A stretch of 64,000 nt of DNA, taken from assembly GCA_013239625.1 (NCBI GenBank), contig MU054187.1, positions 18,654,711 to 18,718,710 on the forward strand, given 5' to 3'. Under the pieces are notes generated by a model that was not told where the DNA came from, ran no database searches, and saw only the letters and a program-made list of their open reading frames with translations. Origin of the DNA: Lama guanicoe. Taxonomy: Eukaryota. Position numbers and translations under genes: made by a program. Position 1 is the stretch's first letter; every line of letters begins with the position of its first letter. Of this stretch, positions 36,820-50,074 are shown piece after piece.

Positions 36820-37586
36820 TGTGCTCCCTGACTGATAGTCCCACTTGGGGACCTCAATAATTATAAACAATACTTTCTTTCCAGGGGCACCATGTGTACG
36901 TCCTGTGTGGAAACTGGGCATTAACTCTCTCCCCAAAACATGTTGACTTCACATGTGGTCATAAGAGACCTTCAAGTATTTAAAGAAATATCACTAGTAG
37001 ATCACAGAGCCCTGAGACCAGAACAGAGATCTCTCCAAAATGAGGCTTGGTTACTCTGGGAAGCTTTTCAGAAAGATAACTGACTTACTGTTGATGGGCA
37101 CCCTGTGGGTGGTTTTCCCTGTGATGCAGCTCATCCAGTGAGGAAAGATGATTTAAAATTTGTCCTTGGCTTTAGCTGAGGTGATCAGTGATAATGCTTT
37201 GGTCCTGGAAGGCATTCAGTTCATCTTCAGTTCCCTGAGGTGTCATGGGTGATGGACTTGCCCTGGATGTCTTCCTTGTAGGCCAGGGCAGAGTCTGTTC
37301 AATCTCTGACGCATCCCACTGTACCTGCATTAATACCACAGGCCAAGTGGAAAAGTCAATAGGGAAACTAAGGGAGAAAGGCATCTGGCTGTCTGGCAGA
37401 TGGCTCCTGGAATGTGTCCAGCAAGGCGTGTTCAGGATCCCGGGGCGGGGGGCGGGGATGGCTGTGGTCAGTACTCCAGGCTGGCCTCATCCTGCTGCAC
37501 GGAGAGTGCTACTGATTGTAGCCTTAATTAAATGTTGCACGAGACAGATGGAACAGATTCAGTCCCAGCCTCTGCAAATCAGATGA
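36820..37586 (+). pseudogene. Degenerate ERV env, with the TM subunit recognisable
   Basis: MGDGLALDVFLVGQGRVCSISDASHCTCINTTGQVEKSIGKLREKGIWLS is a decayed immunosuppressive domain plus CX6CC motif (here CX6HC) plus heptad. It is followed by a hydrophobic VLLIVALIKCC segment. Frameshifted. Confidence 0.85.
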
Positions 37587-37609
37587 GTGGGAGTGGCCAA
37601 CAGTGGTAT

Positions 37610-38098
37610 GCTCATGGGAAATCTGCCCATGGGTCTTTCTTGTCTCCTCATATCTTGGGAGCCGAGCCCTGGATAGTGTTTACTCAAAACTATCCTTTCA
37701 GGGATGGTTGTTGAACAGTGAACACTCTTGGAAGACAGAGATAGTGTTTCATCTGGAGCAAAGGGCAAGTTTGCTGACAGCCTTGTAAGATAAACAGTGT
37801 TTCCCTCCAAGGCAAAAAGTCAGGCGGCATTATTGCCCATTATAAAATATTTGGCTACACCAAACTCAGGTGCCTTCTCCTGTAATGCCATCTGCTGTCT
37901 ACATCATCCAGTGGGAACTGGAATTCAGAATGCTGCTGCAAGAAAATGTCAATACTATGAGTACTGCTTTCACGCTGAGTAATAGAGCCCTCTGTCTCTG
38001 ACCCAGGAATGTTATGATAACGTCCATGAAACCGTGGCGGGCTTATTTGTCAGCTTGCAAGTAGGATGAAGTCTCGCACTCACCATAGTTCTTAACCA
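37610..38098 (+). mobile_element. ERV 3' LTR (MER21/MER76-group-like, tentative)
   Basis: Follows the env end. Contains TATAAAA (~37841), a decayed poly(A) signal (AATAGA ~37981) and a CA end. No visible similarity to the LTR at 31511-32254. Confidence 0.7.
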
Positions 38099-38322
38099 TC
38101 GTGTTATCAGAATTCTAGAATTCCTTCTCCTGTATTCAACAATAATTCTTACAGAGATTGTCAGTGGTAAGAAAAGGTTCTATTTATCCATTGAATTGGA
38201 GAAGCTAAGTAGGAGGTGGAAATGACCAAAACAGAGTGGGCTCTTGTGCTATTTGGCCTACGAGCAGTATTAAAGACATGGATTTAGAAAAGACATGTGT
38301 TCCAGCAGGAACACATACCATA

Positions 38323-38521
38323 AATGGTGCATTGGAGCCAGCTCACACGTGCTCCTAAGGGTCAATTTTGTGCATATATTCCCCTTTCTATGTTCAGTGA
38401 CTCCATGCTAGTAGCTAAGTAGGCCATACTGAGTGTTAATATCCAGGAGATGAGCGAATGGTACAAATCAAAGTTCTGCCTACTCTACTTCTGTGAGAGC
38501 TACTTGTCACCAGCACGCCAC
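38323..38521. mobile_element. MER63-like hAT fragment
   Basis: TGGTGCATTGGAGCCAGCTC...CCAGCACGCCAC termini. Confidence 0.55.
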
Positions 38522-40726
38522 AGACCGTGTAGCGCTTAAGCAAGGAAGGTGGGTTCCTTGATCTATTTTCTTCTTCTGTGAAATGTGGAGAACAAGTGTG
38601 CCTTTATCAGGGGATTGCTTCAAGGATTAAATTAGAGAGTCCGTAAAACATACAGAAGAGTCTGGGTACATACTGTATTTAATCAAACCTAAAATGCTAC
38701 CAAATGGAAGAAACAGCCTCATTTTACACTGCACTGCCAAGGAAAAAAAAAAGACCCACTCTTAATTAAATGATGATTTATTACCACAACGCTTGCAAGA
38801 CACATCAATTTCGGAGATGGTAAAATGTGAAAAATGTCTCTCTTTGAATGAATGAGCACAGCGACATGCTTGTAACATGCTTCACTAATAGTATATCATC
38901 GCTGTGACTAGCTCAAGCGTGTGGATGTGGAATTAAAACCTCATTTGTCCCATTCTGCCATTTTCATCATCAATTTATTCCAATTTCTAGCAATAAAAAT
39001 GCTGAGGAATTAGATAGTTTGTATGAATGAATGCACAGCATATAAATAAGAGAGGATGACTATTTTTTCAAGATAAAACCAACACAAAATTCAATTTGTT
39101 TTGAATTTCAAAACAGTGTTTTATATATTTTTAAAAAAATCCTGAAGAGCTAAATATACCAGAAACATCAGTGGGACCACACAATACACTTGCAATCATA
39201 AACAAGTGAACAGAAAACTAGGACTTCTCTGAACAATTCATCCACATTTTAGAAAACTGTGCAAACTCAGATGAAAAGTGAGGGGAGTACTAAGTATATT
39301 TCTGTCCTCAGAAAAAGATAGGGAACTGGAGAATAATTACAAAGGAAGGGAACAGGCCGAGGTGTAATTATCTCAAGGCTGTGGGAATGAATTTATATTG
39401 TATCAAGTAAAATTCCTGGAAGCAAGTGCACACAGGCTACCAAACTTGGAGAGAAAAGAGAAACTACTGTGTTTGTACAAAAGAACTTCAAAGAAAAATA
39501 CAGTTTATTTTCTTTTTCACACCACTGCTGCTAAAAATAAGAGTCTATCAAACTGTGTGAAGAGTTTACAGCTGTCACACAGAAGAAGACAAAGTTTTCA
39601 GCAGGCTGTAGAAAACAGTGACCTTCAGCAAAACTTTACCCCAAGCCCCCTCAGAAGCAATCTCCAATTCTATCTGTGAAAATCTGATGTTTAACATAAG
39701 AAGAAGAGCTGGCTTTTGACCTCAAAAGAACTCCACAGCTCGGCACATATGCCTAAATGCACACTTGCCAGCTGACCACAGCTGAGGCGCTCTGCAGGAA
39801 CGACTTTGCAAAATCACTTTTCTGACCATGATGGGAAAGATGGTCCCAAAGACCAATGGAAAGGATGTGGTGTGAAACTTTGAATCAGGAGACACGTTTC
39901 TGGCATGTCATGTTGACACGTGCCTTGGGCAAAGCAGCCTGTGATCCTCTCTTGTGAGTTCTTACCAGCAGAAGGGAATGGGGGCAACTTGCCTTCCAGG
40001 GGTCATGAGAATCTTTTATCCCAGATAAGGACCCAGTGACTACATTGAGCCTACCAGGAGTCAGTCATGAGGCTCCTGAAAGGGTCAAGACATATTTTTG
40101 AAGTGTTTCATATATTTTTAAACTATAAAATTGCTTTACAAATGTAATGAAATGACTTATTATTAATGTTACCACTGCTACTTTTATTACTACTTATAAC
40201 ATCACTGCAGAGCCGGCAAAGTGGCTGTCGCCGTATCACAGTCTTATGAACTTGGGACCAAATCCTGTACAAAATGATTATTTGATAGTAAAGATATATG
40301 GAGATGTCTTCTTAAAAAAAACAATGAAGTGTTTCAAGATAGAACTCTCACTGCATTCTATTCTAAAATCTGAAGGAATGCTAGAGCTCTTAATTCAGAC
40401 AGACAGGAATTTGAATCTGGATTTACTATCTCACAAGCTGTGTGATGGTGAGCAGGTTACTTAACCTCTCTGAGTTTAGGAAGCCCCACCTCCCAAGTTT
40501 GTTGTGGGCATTCCATCATGTAAAGTGCCTAGTTCAATAATTCTAGCTTCCTCCTGCTGCTCTTAAATACATTATCTTATTTTCCTTTGTGTTTGTACGG
40601 AGCTTTGGAAGAGCTCAATGGGGTTACAGGTGATGCTTTATAGATCGATAGCATTTATTCCACTCTGTGTACCAGGCACTGTGTTAAGTCTTTTGATAAC
40701 CATTTTCATTTAATCCTTACATAACC

Positions 40727-41168
40727 TGTATTAGTATCTTAGTGCTGCTGTAGCAAATACACACAAATTCAGTAGCTTAAAGCAACACAAACCTATTCTC
40801 TCCCAGTTCTGGAAATTAGAAACCTAAAATGGGGCTGCAGGGTGGCGTTCCTTCTGGAGACTCGGGGAGACCCATCTCCTTGTCTTTTCCAGCTTCCAGA
40901 GAACACTCACCTTCTTTGGCTCAAGCATCACTCTGCCCTCTGCTTCTGTTGTCACATCACCCCTCACTTTCCTGCCGCCCTCCTGTCTGCGTAAGGACCT
41001 CTGTGGTTACTACACTCCACCTACTTGGATAATCCAAGCTTCTTTCCCCATCTCAAGATTTTTAATCACAAATGCTAAGTCCTGTTTGCCACACAAGGTA
41101 ACTTCTTTACAGGTTTCGGGGATGAGGACGTGGACATCTCTGAGAAGTCACCATTCTGCCCACCACAC
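40727..41168 (-). mobile_element. MaLR LTR (MLT1B/C-like)
   Basis: TGTATTAG..GCTGCTGTAGCAAA..GCTTAAAGCAACACAAA..CAGTTCTGGA...CCATTCTGCCCACCACA. Confidence 0.85.
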
Positions 41169-43527
41169 GTCTGCTTAATAAATTAAGGAGTCGAGGCTTC
41201 TTGGGTGATGCCCTTTATAAATCCGAGCCCAAGTTCTGAGCCTAGACGGCAACCTCTACCCGCTACTGTGTGCTCAGCAGCGATGTTTATATTTGAAGTA
41301 AACAGATGTGTTTCATGGGGGACGTGCTTATTACATTGATTGTGGTGACAACACCTGATCAATAAGGATCAGACAGGAATTTATTCTGTGCATTGTCTTG
41401 GGGTCCAGCAGCCATATTTAGTATCTACCATCAAATTGAACACGTAAAAGATAAATTTAGTACCTAGTTGGCATCGTACCAATTGGTAGACAGAATTAAA
41501 CAATGTCCCTGAGGGAATTTCCAAAACAAACAGGATAAAAGTATATGTGTCAAGCTGAAAACCAGTGGGAATCCCTACACTAACCAAGGACAATGGGCAC
41601 GTTCATTAATTTGGAATTGTTTTGTGGGACTTTTGTAAGGGAGCTGATGACTTGCCTCAGTTATTCTCTTAATTTACAATGGCTTGAGTGAAAGAATTGA
41701 TTGAGGTTAAACATTTGCTTTACATTTTTTACATGTGGAGTTTAACCCTACTTGTAGGAATTCAAGCAGTAATGAGTGCCATGGATAGAACTCAGATATT
41801 TGCTCAAGAAAATAACTCAAGCTTTCCTCACTAGAAACTGGCAAAAACATTTCATGGGATTGGCGTTTAGAGGGACATAAAACCTGTCTCCCAGTAATGA
41901 GCTGGCTAACATTAATTCTTTCCCTTGCTTGTTTTTGCCAGATAGTAAAGCACGTTCTTTTTGGCAAAATGTTGATGCTGTTTACATGCTGGGAGAAGGA
42001 AACCTGGATGGACAAAAGAAAAGGATACACAGGGATTTGAGGTTTCAGCAACCGTGGGGCCTCAGGGGAAGGGGGTAACTGGAGAAGAAGAGAGGAGAGA
42101 GAAAAGGAAGCAGGAAGTAGGGAGAAGGGACGATGTGGGGCAAGGAGGAGAAGGAAACAGAACAGCGGTCACCGCCGCGTCTATTAGTGAGGATGAAGAG
42201 AGCACAGTGTCACTCCTCTTTTGAGCACTTGTGATTTTTTTTTTTAATTTGCGAGGAGCTAGAATGAGACACTTTTAGGTGCTCACATCCTGGGACTGTT
42301 ATCCCAGATGCCAAACACCTATTTGTCATTGCTCATACAGGGTTCTGCATCCTCTCAGGCTGGTCTCTGGCTCCAAACGTTAGGATGAAAGTGGTTTTGA
42401 AAGGAGGGCGGGAAGGAAGGCAGGAAGGAAGAGGGAGAGGAGAAGAGGGGGAGAGAGGAAGGAAAGGACCCTGCCTTGCTGGGGCTGCTGGCCCAGTGCT
42501 GAGCTGTTTCTGAGCAGACTTTGACCTTCAGAGAACATCTCAATCATTGCTCCCAAGCCATTTTCTGGACTGTTCAGATTGCACATGCAAATCTGAAAGT
42601 GCATGCCATCTGTGAAGATGCAGGTGAAAATGTGCCTTTGACCTGGGGTTCCGAAACCATGTGTCACTCAGAGAAGCAGGAAAATGAACCTCAGACCAGA
42701 GAGAGAAACTGAGGTCCCCAAAGCCCCGTGGGTTCCCATCCATGTCATCAGGCTGTCCCATTTTTGCTGGCAGTGCCACTTTGGAGGAGTTTGGAAAAAC
42801 ACCCCGTCTCAGAGATGGGAGAGGTCAGGGGAAGGCACATGTGAAAAAGAAAAGGTATTCCATCGCATGCAGTACAAAGAATGAAGGTCATTATGTTTTC
42901 ATCTGGTCCAATGTGAAGCTTCACTCTGTGGCTTTCCCTCTCCAGTTAGACCACATTTATGGCTTTGAAAATAAGTAGTGCCCTGATTCCAACCCCAACA
43001 TGATACTTTTGCGTATAGACATGTCACACTGTAACTCTATACGCACAATCCAATTAAGGTATTTCCGCCAGGTAAAATTTTTGCTCAGCTCTTCACAGAA
43101 TTCAGTAGCAAAATATTATCTATTGAAAAATAGACATGATTTGAGTTTTACTTTGGATGATCCCCTCCTGTATCTTGCCTGATCTTAAAGGTCTGTGTTT
43201 CAGATCCTTCTTGCTATGACTAGGATAAAGAGTTCCGGGAGCATTAAGCTAATGGCCCACCAGCCTCACTTAATTTCCACCGAGAAGATTTATCTTTATC
43301 TGTGTTAGTACCCACAAGTGGGCAGCAGCACACTTACAGCACGTGACGCACTCTTCTCTTTAGTCCCATAGACACAGTGAGTGAAGAACAAAACGTTATC
43401 AACTTTTCTCACATGCATCAATGCCAAGAATGAAATATTCATTAGGTATTTTCTGAAGACTTTTTTTTTACAGACACAAATCATAAGCTATGGAAATTTA
43501 ATAATGAATACAATGCTTGCAGGAGAA

Positions 43528-44221
43528 TTTTTTTATTGACGTACAGTTGATCTACAGTGTTGTGTTAGTTTCAGGTGTACAGCAAAGTGATTCAGTTATT
43601 CATACATATGTGTATATATATATTCTTTTTCATATCCTTTTCCATTATAGGTTTTTACAAGATATTGAATACAGTTCCCTGTGCTATATAGTAGATCCTT
43701 ATTGTTTATCTATTTTACATATATAGTAGTGTGCATGTTAATCCCAAATTGCTAATATACCCCTCCCCTCTTCCCCTTTGGTAATCATAAATTTGTTTTC
43801 TATGTCTGAGTTTGTTTCTCTTTTGTATACAAGTTTATTTGTATCATATTTTGGATTCCTTTTATAAGTGATATCATAGTATGATAATCTCTAGGTCCAT
43901 CCATGTTTCTACAAATGGCATTAGTATTTTTAATGACTAAGTAATATTCCATTGCATATATATACACCACATCTTCTTTATCCAATTATCTGTTGACAGA
44001 TGTTTAGATTGCTTCCATGTCTTAGCTATTGGAAATAGTGCTGCTATGAACATTGGAGTGCATGTATCTTCGAATTAGAGTTTCCTCCAGATATATGCCT
44101 AGGAGTGGGATTGCTGGATCATATAGTAAGTCTATTTTCAGGTTTTTAAGGAACCTCCATACTGTTTTCCATAGTGGCTGCACCAAGTTGCATTTCCACC
44201 AATAGTGTAGGAGGGTTCCCT
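43528..44221 (-). mobile_element. L1 3' fragment
   Basis: TTTTATTGACGTACAGTTGATCTACAGTGTTGTGTTAGTTTCAGGTGTACAGC through GGAACCTCCATACTGTTTTCCATAGTGGCTGCACC. Confidence 0.9.
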
Positions 44222-45214
44222 TTATAGAAGAATTAAAAAAAAAATTTTGTTTGCTATTATGTTTGTTGATGTTTGGTCAGATCTTTTCAATGTGAATACT
44301 GACCTGGTCCTCTGAGCTGACCCACAAAAGGGCTGGCGTTCGGAAGGAGTCCTCCATGGGCTGACAAGGGCGTTGGGGATCTGCCTCCTCCTCTGTGGCA
44401 GAAAGTACTTCCAGCATGACTCTTTTCCATTCATTCTGTCTCCTTCAGTGATTTTCTAGAAGTAAACTGGTAAAGCAGCCATCATTTTGAGGCCACGAGC
44501 CAAACTAGACCCTGTACATAAGTTTTTTGATCTACTCCTCACAGCAATTTTCTGAGGTGAGTAATAACCCAATTTTCCTTTGAAGTGATACATACAGGCC
44601 TCACTGGTCTTTGCTTGTAAATAGGGTTGTTGTTTTAAGGCCTCAAGTCAGGACACTTTGAGCTCCCTCTGACCGGGGACAAGACATGGCCCATCCTGGT
44701 GTCTAGCGAGCATGTCGGGTGACCGTCTTGGCCCTGGAGCAGCTCCCACTCCTCCACTTCTGCTCCCCTGGGAAGCCACCAACTCAGGCCTCTGGGGCTG
44801 CTGCCCGGGGCTGGGGGGTGAGGCGCTGAGCGGGCAGGAGATAGAAGGCAGAGGAAAGAGAGGGTCCCCTTCCCTGAGTGGTCGTGTGTGTCAGGCCACA
44901 TGCTGTGTGCTTTGCCTGCATTGCCCATTTGTCCTCACAGTAACCCTATGAAATAAATCCAATTATGATCCCTATTTTATGCAGTGAAGGAAGAAAAGGG
45001 GCCTCTGAGAGGCTAAGAAACAGGTCTGGTGGCAGGCAGCTGTCACACGTGTAGGTCTGTCCCCCCAGCACTCTAATGGCGGTGTTGGAGCTACCATTAC
45101 TAAGCTGCCACTAGATTATGGTGATAGATTTATCGACAAATCCGTGCTCTTCAGAATAAATATAGGTTTTACTTAATTCTGCTACAGAATAGTAAAAGCC
45201 CATACATACATGAC

Positions 45215-45555
45215 TAGCTAAGTCTCCTCAGGCTGCTGTCACAAAAGGTCACAGCCTGGGTGGCTTAAACAACAGACATTTACTTCTCATAGTTCCGGAG
45301 GCTGGGAAGTCCAAGATCAAGGTGCTGGCCCATTGGGTCCCTCCTGAGGGCCCACTTCCTGGTTCACAGATGGCTGTGTCCTCATATGGCAGAAAGAGAG
45401 AGAGAGCTCTGTCTCTTAAGGACACTAATCACATCATGAGGGCTTCACCCTCGTGACCCAATGACCTCCCAAAGGCCCCACTTCCAAACACCAGTACCTT
45501 GGGGGTTAGGGCTTCTAATATATGAATTTTGGGAGGGCACATACAGTCCTTAACA
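45215..45555 (-). mobile_element. MaLR LTR (MLT1A-like)
   Basis: CTGGGTGGCTTAAACAACAGACATTTACTTCTCATAGTTCCGGAGGCTGGGAAGTCCAAGATCAAGG...ATATGAATTTTGGG. Confidence 0.85.
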
Positions 45556-45686
45556 ATGTGAATATAGAAACCCATTTAACAAGAGATGTGTATGTCTTCT
45601 TTCATATCAGAACTATTTGTCCTACATGTTTTTACATATGGGTTTGTTATTAAGTACCTGAAATATTTCAAAAGTGAACTTTTTCT

Positions 45687-45817
45687 CAGGTGATCACATG
45701 CCATGGTCTCCCCAGAACAGTCTGGGTTTATGCCTGTTGTCCTGGTGAATTATTAGTAACACCTCCTTTTACTCTCAGAAGTGTCCTAGTTTGGGTAATA
45801 AATTACATGGTCACCTC
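45687..45817. mobile_element. MER94/MER81-like hAT-Blackjack MITE
   Basis: AGGTGATCACAT...ATGGTCACCT inverted ends. Confidence 0.6.
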
Positions 45818-45850
45818 TCTTATTACCAACACTTCAAAAATATATCTGTA

Positions 45851-45990
45851 GGGGGGAAGGTATAGCTCAAGTGGTAGAGTACATGCTTAGCATGCACAAG
45901 GTGCCAGGTTCAATCCTCATTACCACCTCCAAAAATAAACCTAATTACCCTCCCCCCAAAAAAGCTAAAAAAAAAAAATATATATATATA

Positions 45991-46040
<50 letters not shown>

Positions 46041-46080
46041 AAATACATAATATACACATGATAATGAATAAATAAATATA
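45851..46080 (+). mobile_element. Camelid tRNA-derived SINE with a tail expanded into a (TA)n/(TG)n microsatellite
   Basis: SINE head at 45851. ATAT(C/T)TGTAG occurs before the head and after the microsatellite. Confidence 0.88.
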
Positions 46081-48019
46081 TATATATATTTGTAGCTTGG
46101 AAAGTTTTGACAGTTTTTGAAGCTAGGTGATAGGTGTATATAGGGGTTTAATTTCCATAGGAAATCTTAAATATACATATTTGTAGAAAAGGTTTTTTTC
46201 TAGTTATGGTTTAAACAAATATGGAGTGCTAATTTATTTTTGTTCACGCAACTGTCTCTCAGTCAAATATAAAAACATCATTAATGAGGCAATAACTTAC
46301 AGTTTTCCTCTCCTGTACAAAAGTGTGTTCTTGAAGAGTTACTGTAACTGAAAAGTGTGCAAATTGAACTATTATAACTGAAAGATTTTTGAATGAATTA
46401 GTATTTGTTACATTAAAAGACAAGAGGTAATTCTATCACTCAGTAAAGAATCTCTTTGTAAAAGGATCATTAATGTCCTTATTTCCTTCTGTGCAAACAT
46501 ATATATTTCAAATAGCCCAAGGGGCAACACGTATCGTTTACAGTTTTCTCATCTGTCAAACAAGAAAAATGCTACTACTTACCTAGAAAGTTGTTGTGAA
46601 GGTAAAGTTTTAAATTTCATGTGAAGAAGATAGCTCATTGCCTGGCATACAGTGAGAACTCAATAAATGTCACTATTTCTATTAGCTATTGCCAGCGTTT
46701 TTCTTTACGGAGAGGTGATGTGTTACATCAAATAAAGCATTAAGTGATGGCAGCAACAAAGCACTCTGGGAACTCACGACCTTTTAGTACCCGACTAATT
46801 TTTTGTAATTGAAAACAGATAATGAAAATATTTAACGTGCCCACGTGGGCAATGCTGGAGTAAAACTTATGTCAAAAAGACAGTTCAAATAATTTTACAG
46901 TCTCCCATTAAATCGTGCAGCCAGCCGGCCAGTCACGGACTATTTACAGAATGCCCAGTGCACACAAGCCAGGCCCTGTGCCCTTGGACGTGGCAAAGCG
47001 TGTGACCCGCACATAGGTGACGCAGGAGCACCACGAAGGTCATGACGTGACAGCCTGTTTACTTTGGTGGAATTAAGAAATCCTGGTTCAATTATAAATC
47101 TTTTCAGTAATCAGTAATGTACCTTTCCACACTGGCCAGAGAGTTATTTCTCACAGGTTTTAGCCAGGAACAAAGATGCCTCTGATACACTTTTCACTTG
47201 TACATTTTCTATGCCTGGAGGCTTCCTACAGTCTCTGAAAAATTGTTATTTCGTTCTTTTCATTCTCTCTCAAAGCTTCAAGCCTCGGGGCCTTTGAAAT
47301 AAATCAATACTGAATTCATTGACTTGGGCATTCCAACAGAACAAAGGCACCGCAGGCACTAGACAAAGCATTACAAACACGGGAGACTTTTACTTCCCCA
47401 GAGTGCCCGCTTTTTTCTTCTTGGAACAGCAACAGTTAACAGCATTCTCACAGCAGGACTGCCATTGCTTCACTTGCAAACAAACTAGTAAAGATCTTGT
47501 CGACCTCCCCTTCCCAACTTCATTTTATAAATAACAAAGTTAGCATTTCACCATTTAAACAATAACTGCAATTTAAAAAAAAAAAAGAGGAAATGTAATG
47601 ATAAACTGCTTTCGCACTACTTTATGAATAGTTTTCAAACAACATATGTAATCAAGTATATTTTAAGTAAAGTAGTATCTGGGTAACTTAAATATACTTA
47701 AGTTTTCTTGAACATGCAACACAAACACTTTCATCTATTTCTGAAAAGCTTACAGTGTTACAGAAAGCAAATCAGGAGAAAATAGACATCTACCTGGGGT
47801 ATTATAAATTCAGTAGCTTCGGGGTTGCTAATAATCAATCAATAAACAGCAGGAAGTTCTGGCTTCTCTTAGCACATTCTCAGTTACAAGACAGAAAGCC
47901 CAACTCAGACTGGTTAACAATAACCAGAACTAGTTAACAATAACAATAACTAATTTAAAAGTAGGGCGGCCTGAATTTAACAGCTCTGTGATATTAGAAG
48001 AATCCAGTTGTACAGGTGA

Positions 48020-48575
48020 TTGGATAGGGAGGATGTGGTGTGTATATATATATATGTGTCTGTGTGTATATGTGTGTGTGTGTGTGTCTGTGTGTACAGG
48101 AATACTACTCAGCTATACAAAAGAATAAAATAATGCCATTTGCAGCAACGTGAGTGGACCTGGAGATCGTCATACTAAGTGAAGTAAGCCAGAAAGAGAA
48201 AGAAAAAAAACCGTATGATATCACTTAGATGTGGAATCTTAAAAAACGAGACAAATGAACTTATTTACAAAACAGAAACAGACTCACAGACACAGAAAAA
48301 CTTTTGGTTACTAGCGGGGAAGGGGAAGGGGAGGGATAAATTGGGAGTTTGGGATTTGCAGATACTAACTACTATATATAAAATAGATAAACAGCAAGGT
48401 CCTACTGTATAGCACAGGGGACTATATAGAATATCTTGTGATAGCCTATAATGAAAAAGAATATATGTATGTATAACTAAATCACTATGCTGTACACCAG
48501 AAATTAACAGAACATTGTAAACCAACTAAACTTTAATTTAAAAAAAATAAAAAGGCAAAAAAAAAAAAAGATGGA
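48020..48575 (+). mobile_element. L1 3' fragment with an internal (TG)n tract
   Basis: ATGCCATTTGCAGCAAC..GGACCTGGAGATCGTCATACTAAGTGAAG through the poly(A). Flanked by AAGAA(T/C)CCAGTT. Confidence 0.9.
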
Positions 48576-48869
48576 GAGGAAGAACCCAGTTACGGAGATA
48601 ATTAAAATGTCACACTATTCCCCTATATACTCTTTTCTGTTCTAGAATCTTACTGTCATCATATATACAATCCTGCAGTGATACATCTATCCAGGATTGA
48701 GCCTACCAACAGATGGTTTGATTTCAAAAAAAAAAAAAAGAACCCAAACCCTGTTAGCCTCAAAAATCTCACTCACTAACCTATCATTCTTTACAGTAAT
48801 GCTGCCTTCACACCTTGTTCAAAGAAATTCTGCACAGTAACGTGAGCAAAGAATTTGGTATCCGTGGAT

Positions 48870-49040
48870 TATGGCTGCTACTCTGCATAATTATGAGACT
48901 TACAGCCAGCTGTTAACCTCAATGATTTTCAGTTTCCCAACCTGTAAAATGGAGCTTACAAATAATGTGCTCCTAGATTTTATGAAGAGTGTCTAACAAA
49001 ACCAGGCAGCAAACGTGTTACTGAACCACAGTGCCTTAGG
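48870..49040 (+). mobile_element. MIR fragment. Weaker MIR fragments also lie near 10.1, 10.5, 11.0, 30.9, 38.6, 40.4, 45.0 and 46.6 kb.
   Basis: TTAACCTC..TCAGTTTCCCAACCTGTAAAATGG MIR core. Confidence 0.6.
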
Positions 49041-50074
49041 CGCTTCCCTGAACGTCTGCAGCAGCTCCCTCCCGTCCGTCCCTGGCTGCCTTGGAGCCAC
49101 TGCAGAGAGAGAGTAGGGGCATCAGAGACGTAGGGTCTCTCCAAGCCTAAAGTACTGACTGTCTGGCCTTTACGGAGAAAGTCTGCCAAGCCCTGCCCTG
49201 CAGAAGGAAGGCTTTAATACCAGAGATGTAGCTTCACCGGGAATCTTGTTTTTCTGGATCTTTGGGAAACAGGAAGAACATTTTAGAAACATTCATATTT
49301 TTACCCACAAGGGGGCTGTCAAGAGTCCCAACTGGAAACCGAAACCGATGGAAGGGGGGAGGGGAGGGAGCAGTCGCTAGGATCAGGGAGAAGAGGATTC
49401 TGCAGAGTTAGTGGCCCTGAGAAACAGGGGGACTTCCCCCCAGGGACCCAGCCAACTTCAGGAGACTTCTCAGGGAGGGAGGAAGGGGGATACATACTCT
49501 GGCTTTGCTTTCCTCCTTCCTTTTTCTCACTGGGACTCCTCACTGGCTGAACCCAACCAGAGTAACAGAGGACTTGAGACTAGGTGTATCAGTGGAGTCC
49601 ATACCATACAGGCTCCTGGGCAGAGCAGAGTGGGACATGCACTTTAATTCAACTTTTTCCCCAAGCATTGTAATTTCATCAACAGTTTATATAATCACAT
49701 AAAGCTATGTAATCATAATTTTATATCACTTCCACATTTTAATCTTTTACCTAATTGGCTTCCAGCATCTTTCTCATTCTAAATGTTTCTACTTTACTTG
49801 ATTTTATTTTTAATATGTCTTTTTTTCAGATTACAAATTTGTGGTTAATGTAAAAATTACAATTTTGCTGAAGTGTATAATACAGAAAGCAAACTTCCCC
49901 CAATTCCATCAACAGGGATAATCATTGTTAATAATTATGTATATTTATCTAGATTTGAATGTATATATACATATATATATATAAAGATATTTTATTGACA
50001 GTAGTGAGAGAAATGGTACTTGACTTTACATAACATTTGAAAACTCTTCCTTTTTTCAGTTAATAATCTGTCTT

